Source: Bacteroidota bacterium (GTDB lineage Bacteria > Bacteroidota > Bacteroidia > 2-12-FULL-35-15). Taken from it: 64,000 nucleotides of DNA. Shown piece after piece: positions 55,994 to 64,000 of this stretch. The position numbers and the translations under genes are program-made. Numbering within the stretch: position 1 is the first letter of the stretch; every line of letters starts with the position of its first letter. The stretch lies in contig CANIFU010000003.1 of the NCBI GenBank assembly GCA_947466965.1, positions 23,151-87,150 on the forward strand. Direction: 5' to 3'. A model generated the notes under the pieces. The model saw only the letters and a list, made by a program, of their open reading frames with translations. It was not told where the DNA came from and did no database searches.

Positions 55994-58687
55994 CTAGTTC
56001 AAATCTTTTAAATTTTTCTTTCCAATTTTTTCAACTACTGCGTTTCTTTCAACAATCACAGCATTTTGTTTTTCGTTGATATTGATCTTTCCTTTAGAAG
56101 GGTAAATAAAATAGTATTTATTAAATCCTTCAACAGCATCTGGTGCAGCAAAAATAGGAATGAAGTTGTGCGCATTACAGAATTTTACAAGTTCTGGTCG
56201 GTTTTGTTTATCGATTGTTGCAACCTCATCAATAAACAATGTTATTTTATTTTGTTCATCAGTAATTGCTAAACGATTTATTATTGCCATGATGATTACC
56301 AATCGGATCATTCGATCCGTACCATCAGATTCAACCTGATTTGCTAAGTCTACTCGTTTTTCTGTTCCTTTTATTTCCAATAATAATTCGATATTGAACA
56401 ATTCATCAAAATGAACTTTTTTACCAGTATCCAGATACGTGTTCAGGATTTTCAGGTTTTCTGATTGGTCAAAATCAAAACTCATTTGACCGTTAAATTC
56501 CTGAATGGAACTGATTTGCTTTAGTTCACTGATGATACGTTCATTATCAATTAAATCAATTTTTAGAGACTCTATATTGGAGATACGAGTGGTCGCTAGC
56601 TTTGTATTGAATTTGTCGTAAACGAATTGTTTAAACTCTTCATAACGCTTTAGTAGCGTAAATGCAGGATTCGCAAATTGAGTAGAAATACTAGACAATA
56701 AACCATCAATACTTCTTTCTTTATCGCTAAGGCATGCAATTTCTTCTTCTACGAAATGGATAAACTCTTCTTCATCAGCTATATTGCTTCTTAAGCGGTA
56801 TTTTAATCCTTCAAAAGCAACATCTTTGTTTGCTTTAATGTCATGACGGTCTTTTTGATGAATTTGAATTTTAGAATAGATATAATCTAAATTGTCGTTT
56901 GTTTCGTATTCTCGAGGTTCCACTTCTATGGATTCCATTTCCATTTTACGGTCTTTCAATTCTTTAACACGAAGTTCAAGATTACGTTTTTCTTCGTTTA
57001 ATTTATCAAGCATAATTTGTTTAGAAGCGATTTCTTTTACTAAATCATTCAAATGCAATTCTAAATCTTTCTTTTCTTCATTGTATGATTTGATTTCATC
57101 AATAATGCCTTTAACGGCTCTTTCCAATTGCGGTTTTGTTTCAATTCCTTTGATTTTTTCCTTGATTACTTCAAGTTCACCAAGAATACTTTTTAATTTG
57201 AAATCGGTTTTTTCTTTGTCAACAACTGTTTTTAATAATTCTTCAGTTATTTTCTTTTCAGAAAGTAGCACTTTTAGTTCATCCTTTAATTCCTTAACAG
57301 ATCTGAACTCAGTCAGTTCTAATCCTTTGGAGATATCAATTTCCCCATCAAAAATAGTCATCAGTTTGTCTGATACTTTTTTGATTTGTTTTTTGATTTG
57401 TTTGCTTGGTAAACTTAATACCTGTTCAGAAAGTATTGCGTTTAAAAGTTGCTTTGTTTTTTCGTCATCAGAAATTTTGTGAATCAATAAGTTGTTGTAA
57501 TTGTTGATCTGGTTTTCAACAGATGCAATTTTATCATTTACTTTTTCCAAGCGGAATTCAAGGTGCTTGCTAGATAATTTCTGACTTTCAATTGTTGTGA
57601 TACGATTCTCAATTTCTTTACGTTCCTTATCCAGATTTTTCATGGATTCCTGGAGGAAATCGATTGTTTCGTATTTATTGATTTCATCTAATTCTCTTTG
57701 CTTTTCGTTCAGATAATTAGTTTTGTTTTTTATTTCAGCATTTTTTTCACCTATGTATGAAGCGTAATTTAATTCCTTCGGTTTTAAAATTTCGTTGATT
57801 TCATTATGAATGGCTGCTATGTGTCTGCCTCTTTCAACGGAAGAAATTTCTAATTCCGGTATGGCAGCTGTATAAGCAGTGTTGAAAGCGTAAAGCAATT
57901 CACTCACAACGGTTGTTTTTGAGCTGTGCATTTTTACCAATTCTCTGAAATCCAGAAAGTCGGTACGAACAGCTTTAATGCTTTTTATTTCTTCATTGAT
58001 CCTCAAAAGATCTGTAATGTCTTTCTTATTTTTCTGAGAGAAATTCAATCCTTCATTTTCACGATTATCTGCTATAATCAAGGATTCTTTTAATGTTTTA
58101 TTGGTGATCAATTTGGAGTTGATCAGGTAGCGGTATACTTTTGAAAAGTTATTACTTAAGCCATCAGCCTTCACTGTATCTTCTAGCCAAACAACCGCAT
58201 TGTTTTTTGTTCCTCTGTGATATACATGATTGAAAACATCTGATTTTGTTGCGAATTTGCTATGCAAAACACCTTTTTTATTCAAGGTCTCAATTACTTC
58301 ATCAAAGCTCAATAAACGTTGGTGAGTGCCTTCGTTTTCGAAGAAAAATTCTTCATTATATTCATTGTCGATCTTATAATATTCTAGTTCTCCGTCAGTA
58401 TTTCGTTTCACCAAAATGCAATAATAGCCCATTTTATTAATTTCGAAAATCAAAAAACTCTTATTATGAGTAGGGAAGTAGTGATGAATCGTTTCTTTAT
58501 CACCTTTACGCTGGCCGCTGAATGACATTTTTTGGCCGTCAACAACAAATAGGAAATTCAAGGCATAAATCAGCGTCGATTTTCCAATATTGTTTGGTCC
58601 CACCAACTGAATTGAATCACAATTATCGAGTTTCATTTCGGCTTTGCCGTAACCTTTTGAGTTAATTAAGGATATTCGAGTAAGCAT
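55994..58687 (-). CDS. SMC/MukB/Rad50-like ABC ATPase with long coiled-coil (897 aa)
   Basis: N-terminal Walker A 'VGPNNIGKSTL'. About 450 aa of K/E-rich heptad coiled coil in the middle, with no hinge domain and no CxxC zinc hook. C-terminal degenerate signature 'ESDGTDRMIRL', then Walker B/D-loop 'ITLFIDEVATID'. Confidence 0.75.
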   Translation of the reverse strand: MLTRISLINSKGYGKAEMKLDNCDSIQLVGPNNIGKSTLIYALNFLFVVDGQKMSFSGQRKGDKETIHHYFPTHNKSFLIFEINKMGYYCILVKRNTDGELEYYKIDNEYNEEFFFENEGTHQRLLSFDEVIETLNKKGVLHSKFATKSDVFNHVYHRGTKNNAVVWLEDTVKADGLSNNFSKVYRYLINSKLITNKTLKESLIIADNRENEGLNFSQKNKKDITDLLRINEEIKSIKAVRTDFLDFRELVKMHSSKTTVVSELLYAFNTAYTAAIPELEISSVERGRHIAAIHNEINEILKPKELNYASYIGEKNAEIKNKTNYLNEKQRELDEINKYETIDFLQESMKNLDKERKEIENRITTIESQKLSSKHLEFRLEKVNDKIASVENQINNYNNLLIHKISDDEKTKQLLNAILSEQVLSLPSKQIKKQIKKVSDKLMTIFDGEIDISKGLELTEFRSVKELKDELKVLLSEKKITEELLKTVVDKEKTDFKLKSILGELEVIKEKIKGIETKPQLERAVKGIIDEIKSYNEEKKDLELHLNDLVKEIASKQIMLDKLNEEKRNLELRVKELKDRKMEMESIEVEPREYETNDNLDYIYSKIQIHQKDRHDIKANKDVAFEGLKYRLRSNIADEEEFIHFVEEEIACLSDKERSIDGLLSSISTQFANPAFTLLKRYEEFKQFVYDKFNTKLATTRISNIESLKIDLIDNERIISELKQISSIQEFNGQMSFDFDQSENLKILNTYLDTGKKVHFDELFNIELLLEIKGTEKRVDLANQVESDGTDRMIRLVIIMAIINRLAITDEQNKITLFIDEVATIDKQNRPELVKFCNAHNFIPIFAAPDAVEGFNKYYFIYPSKGKININEKQNAVIVERNAVVEKIGKKNLKDLN

Positions 58688-58975
58688 CTTTTTTTTCGGA
58701 TTATAAGATTTATGCTCAAATATAACTTAATGCTTTGGGGTATTTATTGGTACCTATTCCTGTTAATAACAATTCCTTTAAAATATGGGGTGCTAGAGCT
58801 TCTTTGTTAAAAAAAATAAAGTTTTTAAAAGTTTTAACTGGCACTTGATTCTTGTCAAAAAAAAGGTTATAATAAATTATTATAGAAAGGATGCAAGCAT
58901 TATTTTTGTATTCTTTTACATTTTTTTTAGTGGGAGTGGCAATTGGTTTATTCACTAAAATGTATGTGTAATTTT

Positions 58976-58997
58976 ACAGAACGTATACACGTTCTGT
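58976..58997. promoter_or_regulatory. Perfect 9-bp palindrome with 4-nt loop upstream of the three-gene operon
   Basis: 'acagaacgt-atac-acgttctgt', followed on the plus strand by 'gttttatt'. It sits between the mtaB stop and the ATPase gene. Confidence 0.4.
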
Positions 58998-59038
58998 GTT
59001 TTATTGGCAATAATTTTTGTATTAATAAGTATTTTTAA

Positions 59039-60376
59039 TTAGGGATATATTGGTTGTTCAATAGATTCAGCTATTGTTACAAGCATAATACCATCGGCAT
59101 CCAATTCTTTTAATTCAACTTCTTTAAGTTCGTTGATAAGTATAGGATCATAAGGTGTTTTTACTTTTATGTAATTATCCGTAAAGCCGTGCATGAACCC
59201 TTCTTTATTATCTGATTCGAAAAGAACTATTCTTGTTTGTCCAATATGTTGTTGGTAAAAAAGACGAAGTTTTTTTGCTGATAAAATACGAAGCATTTTA
59301 TTTCGTTTTTTTCGTATTGTAAGGGGGATGCTCTCTTTTAAATGAATGGCATCTGTATTGTCGCGCTCAGAATATGTAAATACATGCAAGTAGGAGATAG
59401 GCAAGTCATTTATAAAATTATAGGTATCCAAAAAATCTTCATTCGTTTCTCCAGGAAATCCAACAATTATATCCACACCAATGCAACAATGTGGCATTAA
59501 CGACTTTATTTTAGCAACACGTTCGCTATACAGCTCACGAAGATAACGTCTTCGCATTGCCTTTAAAATTTTATTGCTTCCAGATTGAAGAGGAATGTGG
59601 AAATGTGGGACAAATCGTTTTGATTTAGAAACAAATTCTATCGTCTCATCTTTTAATAAATTAGGTTCTATAGATGAAATCCGAAAACGATCTATTCCTG
59701 TCACTTTATCAAGTTCTGTTACCAGATCAAAAAATTGCTCCTGTTTTTTATTCCCTTCTTTTGTTTCATTGTTTCCGAAATCTCCTAGGTTTACACCTGT
59801 CAATACAATTTCTTTGACATTTTGTTTCGCAATATCATTGGCATTCTTGACAGCATTCAGAATACTGTCGCTTCGGCTCTTTCCTCGGGCAAGCGGGATG
59901 GTGCAAAAGGAACAATTGTAATCACAGCCATCTTGCACTTTCAAAAACACACGCGTTCTGTCCCCAAAGGAATAAGAATCTATAAAAAAATTGGCTTCTT
60001 CTATTTCGCAACTGTATATTTCTGCTTTTGTTTTTTTAGTTAAATCACTCATGTAATTCAATAATTTGAATTTTTCTGAGGCACCTAAAACTAAATCAAC
60101 ACCTTCAATGTTGGAAATTTCTTCTGGTTTTAACTGTGCATAGCATCCAACAATTACTACGTAGGCATCTGGAGAAACAGATAATGCCGCTTTTACGATT
60201 TGTTTACATTCTTTATCTGCATTGGCTGTTACAGAACATGTATTTATGACGTAAACATCGCTGGGTTCTTTGAAATCAACTTTCAGATATCCTTGCACCT
60301 CGAATAAACGCGCAATAGTGCTTGTTTCCGAAAAGTTGAGTTTGCAACCCAAGGTATGAAATGCTACTTTTTTCAT
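59039..60376 (-). CDS. mtaB: Radical-SAM methylthiotransferase, MiaB/RimO/MtaB family (MtaB-like)
   Basis: N-terminal UPF0004 domain 'HTLGCKLNFSET...INTCSVT'. Radical-SAM cluster 'CDYNCSFC'. C-terminal TRAM-like region. 445 aa. Subfamily assignment (MtaB vs MiaB/RimO) is tentative. Confidence 0.8.
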   Translation of the reverse strand: MKKVAFHTLGCKLNFSETSTIARLFEVQGYLKVDFKEPSDVYVINTCSVTANADKECKQIVKAALSVSPDAYVVIVGCYAQLKPEEISNIEGVDLVLGASEKFKLLNYMSDLTKKTKAEIYSCEIEEANFFIDSYSFGDRTRVFLKVQDGCDYNCSFCTIPLARGKSRSDSILNAVKNANDIAKQNVKEIVLTGVNLGDFGNNETKEGNKKQEQFFDLVTELDKVTGIDRFRISSIEPNLLKDETIEFVSKSKRFVPHFHIPLQSGSNKILKAMRRRYLRELYSERVAKIKSLMPHCCIGVDIIVGFPGETNEDFLDTYNFINDLPISYLHVFTYSERDNTDAIHLKESIPLTIRKKRNKMLRILSAKKLRLFYQQHIGQTRIVLFESDNKEGFMHGFTDNYIKVKTPYDPILINELKEVELKELDADGIMLVTIAESIEQPIYP

Positions 60377-60623
60377 TTTTAGAATGCGAAGTTACAAAAT
60401 TATCCTTTTCAAGCTGTTTATTTGCTTGTTAGGATTCAACCTGTTTTATAGAAATAGTTCATTAATAAGGTTAATGATGAATTGTTTTGTTACTTTAGTT
60501 TTGTTTAAAAAGGTGTTGATAAGTGAAATGATACATTTTGTGTTTAAGTAAAAGGATTTCTTAAACTTGATGATAATTATAGTGTGTTAGTAGGTATTGT
60601 AAAATCAGAAATTAAAAAGATTT

Positions 60624-62267
60624 ATGAAAAGAACGCTTTTATATATTTCAATTTGTGTTTTTGTATCTGCTTGTTCTTCTGTTGAAGAAAAAGTTGTTGA
60701 CGAACGAACTGTATTTAAGTATAATGATATGTCGGGTGTTAATTCACTTGATCCTGCTGCTGCAAGAGATTTTGAAAATATTCTTGCTGTAAATCAATTG
60801 TTCAACGGATTAGTTGAAATGAATGATTCATTAAAGATAAAACCTTCAATTGCAAAATCCTGGGATATCTCAGAAGATGGACGGACGTATATTTTTCATT
60901 TAAATTCAACTGTTAGTTTTCATGATAACGAATATTTTGATGGTGGCATTGGCCGCAAAGTAACAGCTACTGATTTTGTTTTTAGCTTTAACCGACTACT
61001 TGATCCCAGCGTTTCAAGTGCAACAACACTTTTAACGCATGTCAATAAAAAAAAATCAGGTGGATTTCAAGCAATCAATGACTCAACGTTGGCTATCTAT
61101 CTCGACAAGCCCTTTACACCTTTCCTTGGAATATTAACAATGAAATATTTTTCTGTAATTCCTAAAGAAGTAGTGGAGCATTATGGTACTGATTTCAGAA
61201 GAAATCCAGTAGGAACAGGTCCTTTCAAATTTAAAATGTGGAACGAGGGATCCAAATTAGTTTTTGTAAAAAATGAAAATTATTTCGAATATGAAAATGG
61301 TAATCGATTACCCTATTTAGATGCCGTTTCTTTTTCTTTTATCAAGGATAAAGAAACGTCATTTCTTGAATTCCTGCAAGGTAATATAGATATGGTTTCT
61401 GGTATCGATGCAATAAATACGGATGAAGTTTTAACCGTAGAAGGTGTATTGAAAGAAAAATACAAAACCCTCTTTCAAATGCAGACGCAACCTTATTTGA
61501 AGACAGATTATTTAGGCTTTTTAGTAGATGAAAATATGCCGGTTCTGAAAGATTCTCCTTTAAAATTAAAAGCAATTCGTCAGGCAATCAATTATGGTTT
61601 TGATCGAAAAAAAATGGTAAAGTATTTACGTAAGAACTTGGGTACTCCTGCTACTGCTGGTTTTATTCCTCCAGGTTTGCCTTCCTTTGATGGCAAGAAA
61701 GTAAAAGGGTATGATTACAATCCCGATAAAGTAAAGGAACTTTTATTTCTTGCAGGTTTCCCTGATGGAAAAGGTCTTCCTGAAATTTCTCTCGCTACAA
61801 CAGAACAATACTTAGAGTTAGCAGAATACATACAATCACAATTGGCTGATTTTGGAATAAATATTAAGATTGATGTTCAGAAATCTTCAGTGTTATCTGA
61901 TGCGATTGCCAATTCTAAACTTAATTTCTTCCGAAAGTCATGGGTGTGTGATTATCCTGATGAGGAGAATTTTCTTTCTCTTTTTTACAGTAAAAATGGG
62001 AGTCCGAAAGGGTTTAACTATACCCACTTTATCAATCCTCAATTTGACATTTTGTATGAAAAATCGCAATCCGAATTAAACGATTCAATACGTTACGAAT
62101 ATTACCAGCAAATGGATCAATTGTTAATGGATGAAGCCCCTGTTGCTCCTTTGTACTATGATCAGGTTGTTCGTTTGGTTCACAATCATATCTCTGGACT
62201 TACCTCAAATCCAATGAACCTGCTTTCTCTAAAAAAAGTTAAAAAGTTGAAGCCTAATTCGAAATAA
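60624..62267 (+). CDS. ABC transporter substrate-binding lipoprotein, family 5 (peptide/nickel type)
   Basis: Lipoprotein signal 'ISICVFVSACSS'. 547 aa. SBP_bac_5-like motifs (VNSLDPA, FHDNEYF...). No cognate permease in the window. Confidence 0.75.
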   Translation: MKRTLLYISICVFVSACSSVEEKVVDERTVFKYNDMSGVNSLDPAAARDFENILAVNQLFNGLVEMNDSLKIKPSIAKSWDISEDGRTYIFHLNSTVSFHDNEYFDGGIGRKVTATDFVFSFNRLLDPSVSSATTLLTHVNKKKSGGFQAINDSTLAIYLDKPFTPFLGILTMKYFSVIPKEVVEHYGTDFRRNPVGTGPFKFKMWNEGSKLVFVKNENYFEYENGNRLPYLDAVSFSFIKDKETSFLEFLQGNIDMVSGIDAINTDEVLTVEGVLKEKYKTLFQMQTQPYLKTDYLGFLVDENMPVLKDSPLKLKAIRQAINYGFDRKKMVKYLRKNLGTPATAGFIPPGLPSFDGKKVKGYDYNPDKVKELLFLAGFPDGKGLPEISLATTEQYLELAEYIQSQLADFGINIKIDVQKSSVLSDAIANSKLNFFRKSWVCDYPDEENFLSLFYSKNGSPKGFNYTHFINPQFDILYEKSQSELNDSIRYEYYQQMDQLLMDEAPVAPLYYDQVVRLVHNHISGLTSNPMNLLSLKKVKKLKPNSK

Positions 62268-62312
62268 AGAAATTATATTAAAGGTTGCTTCGAAATGAAT
62301 AAAAGCAATTTT

Positions 62313-63452
62313 TTATTGTTTTTCTAAATAACAAACAATCGGATAATGATCCGATAATGCTTCATTGATTGTTCGAAACTTATATGCTTTATATTCTTTG
62401 CTATAAAGGATATAATCGATTCGGAAGGATGGAAATTTCCCGATGTATGTTCTTCCAAACCCATTCCCGCTTTCAACAAAGGCATCCGACAAATTCGTTG
62501 CAATTTTATTTTTTGCATAGGAAGCCGGAGTGTCATTGAAGTCTCCACAAACAATTACCGGATATGGGGATGATGCGATACTGGCACTAATAAGGTCGGT
62601 TTGATGCGCTCTTTTTATAAAAGCAAGTTTCAATCGGTTTAAAATACTTTTTGAGTGTTCAACATCTTCGGTCTCCATATCCTTTTGCAGGTCATCTATG
62701 TATTTATAATCATCTTTTGAAAAAGCGATAGACTGTAAATGCATGTTGTAAATTCTCAACGTATCTTTTCCCCACTGGATGTCAGAATAAATACACACGT
62801 TATTGCTTTTATATCCAAAATCGACTTTGCCTTTATTGAGGATCGGATAATTGCTGAATGTGGCGATTCCAAAATGCTGTTTGGGTTTTACAGTTGTTGT
62901 ATATTCAATATGGCTATACTTGAATTTAGTATACTTCATAAGTGAATCGGTATTGGAATATTTACTGCTGTCGCGATGAAAATATTCTTGAAAGCAAGCC
63001 ACTTCAGGTGATTCATTATTGATGAGCTGAAACATTTTGTTTCTCGTTTTATTATTGTTGCTCCAATTGTAAAGGTCAAATACTTTTACATTATAGGACA
63101 TTATGCTGATCATCTTTTTTGTGCCATTGGGAGTTTCATTAAACGTGAACTGAAAATAGCTGTGGAGGTTTGTAAATCCTACAATGATAACTACGAAGGA
63201 ATAGAATGCACGTTTTTTTATCTGGATTGCCCAGTAGAAAAGAAATAGAATATTGATGATCACCAGGATTGGATAGGCTAATCCAAAAAAGGCAATGATC
63301 CAGAATTTTTCAGGGCTGACGTGGGGTGCTAAATAGGAAATGAGCAGTGCAATAACAGCAATATGGTTGCAGAACATCGCAATCTGATTAAAGAAATAGC
63401 CCTTCCCTTTTCGTTTTTTCTTTTGTTCTTGTATTGTCTTTTGTTCTTCCAA
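62313..63452 (-). CDS. Endonuclease/exonuclease/phosphatase (EEP) family membrane protein
   Basis: N-terminal 3-4 TM helices. C-terminal domain with EEP-like motifs (MSYNV..., 'CGDFNDT', 'DYILYS', 'SDHYPI'). Confidence 0.7.
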   Translation of the reverse strand: MEEQKTIQEQKKKRKGKGYFFNQIAMFCNHIAVIALLISYLAPHVSPEKFWIIAFFGLAYPILVIINILFLFYWAIQIKKRAFYSFVVIIVGFTNLHSYFQFTFNETPNGTKKMISIMSYNVKVFDLYNWSNNNKTRNKMFQLINNESPEVACFQEYFHRDSSKYSNTDSLMKYTKFKYSHIEYTTTVKPKQHFGIATFSNYPILNKGKVDFGYKSNNVCIYSDIQWGKDTLRIYNMHLQSIAFSKDDYKYIDDLQKDMETEDVEHSKSILNRLKLAFIKRAHQTDLISASIASSPYPVIVCGDFNDTPASYAKNKIATNLSDAFVESGNGFGRTYIGKFPSFRIDYILYSKEYKAYKFRTINEALSDHYPIVCYLEKQ

Positions 63453-63527
63453 TTTCTAACTTTCGGTTTCTGTGACACATCTTTGGTCATCACACATGTT
63501 TCTGCTCCGGACTTTTAGCTTAAAAAA

Positions 63528-64000
63528 TTACTTTTTCCCGCTGGCTTTAAATAAGATCTCTTTTTCACTTTTTGATAAACTTTCGTACCCTGATTTTGAA
63601 ATCTTATCCAAAATTCTATCTATATTTTCCTGTTCTACTTTCTTAATGTAATTATACTCTTCATCTGTTACTTTCCTTTTGTAAGCAACTTTCATTTTGC
63701 TTTTAGGCTTTATGCTAAGAAGTCCGGATATCCAATCGAAAAAACGATTAATTCCTTTTGAAAAATCAACACCTCTTTTGTACTGAAAAATGAACAAATA
63801 TCCCATAAGTGCTCCACCGAGGTGAGAAATATTCCCTCCTATATTATCATAGGACGCAACATTCAATACATCAATAAAAATAACAAATAAAGCAACATAA
63901 ATTAATTTTACCGGACCGATAAACATCATATTCATGTTTACGTTAGGAATAAGAGTTGCAGTTGCAACTATAATTGAAGTAACACCGGCAGATGCCCCGA
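63528..64000 (-). CDS. Rhomboid-family intramembrane serine protease (partial; 5' end beyond window)
   Basis: The reading frame stays open upstream of the first Met to the window edge. It encodes 'GASAGV' (GxSx catalytic Ser motif) followed by a TM helix with 'HLGGALMGY' (catalytic His motif). The C-terminal cytoplasmic tail is K/E-rich. Confidence 0.6.
   Translation of the reverse strand, partial: GASAGVTSIIVATATLIPNVNMNMMFIGPVKLIYVALFVIFIDVLNVASYDNIGGNISHLGGALMGYLFIFQYKRGVDFSKGINRFFDWISGLLSIKPKSKMKVAYKRKVTDEEYNYIKKVEQENIDRILDKISKSGYESLSKSEKEILFKASGKK

Noticed and set aside
56892-57482. 196-aa antisense ORF inside the SMC-like ATPase gene
   Set aside because: It is an artefact of the K/E-rich coiled-coil coding region: AAG/GAA-rich sense codons give a long Ser/Phe/Leu-rich open frame on the opposite strand. 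No start context or conservation rationale.
58716-58955. 79-aa ORF in the leader upstream of the SMC-like operon
   Set aside because: Its sequence is AT-rich and homopolymer-ridden (runs of 8-9 A or T), with odd composition and no motif. It more likely sits in a promoter or UTR region. It is kept only as part of the regulatory-region finding.
1-64000. Search for tRNA/rRNA genes, CRISPR arrays, IS elements, integrases
   Set aside because: No intergenic segment shows tRNA-like GC-rich cloverleaf potential. There are no regularly spaced direct repeats with unique spacers. No transposase or integrase-like ORFs. The window therefore does not look like a classical mobile island.

Overview
This is an AT-rich Bacteroidota-type chromosomal segment. 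Supporting signs are a T9SS C-terminal sorting domain, the ddl / PASTA-domain protein / rluD / lpxD neighbourhood, and many SPOR and TSP3 outer-membrane proteins. The window is mostly housekeeping genes plus two cell-surface polysaccharide loci. I saw no rRNA or tRNA genes, no CRISPR array, and no transposase or integrase.

Content, in order:
- (1) A bifunctional RelA/SpoT gene with a clean bidirectional intrinsic terminator.
- (2) A roughly 15-kb polysaccharide biosynthesis locus at 3.0-18.0 kb, almost entirely on the minus strand. It holds five GT4-type and one GT2 glycosyltransferases, four class-I SAM methyltransferases (two with N-terminal Cys4 zinc ribbons), a GalE-like epimerase, an AsnB-type amidotransferase, a multi-pass Wzy-like membrane protein and a fused TMD-NBD ABC exporter.
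- (3) rdgB, then an unusual 903-aa protein made of two complete D-Ala-D-Ala-ligase-like modules, then a PASTA protein, a T9SS cargo protein, rluD and lpxD.
- (4) A membrane desaturase, msrA, and a run of three paralogous, modular secreted or outer-membrane proteins built from a beta-barrel, TSP3 calcium-binding repeats, SPOR domains and an EF-hand loop.
- (5) A LOG-family gene and uvrA.
- (6) A second polysaccharide export locus: MltD-like transglycosylase, WecA-like transferase, rfbC, a Wzc tyrosine autokinase whose Tyr-Gly tail is encoded by a perfect hexanucleotide tandem repeat, Wza, a GT4 and a second AsnB.
- (7) A sodium:solute symporter, an inositol monophosphatase, a Pro-rich secreted protein and lgt.
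- (8) Immediately upstream of lgt, a tightly coupled three-gene operon (54.2-58.7 kb). It encodes an 897-aa SMC/MukB/Rad50-like ABC ATPase with a ~450-aa coiled coil and no hinge or zinc hook, a 406-aa all-helical protein and a 175-aa protein. This looks like a condensin-like or Wadjet/Mks/Lamassu/ABC-3C-like module in a non-canonical gene order with no recognisable nuclease. It is the best candidate for an undescribed system.
- (9) mtaB-like radical-SAM methylthiotransferase, a lipoprotein ABC substrate-binding protein, an EEP-family membrane protein, and a rhomboid protease truncated by the window edge.
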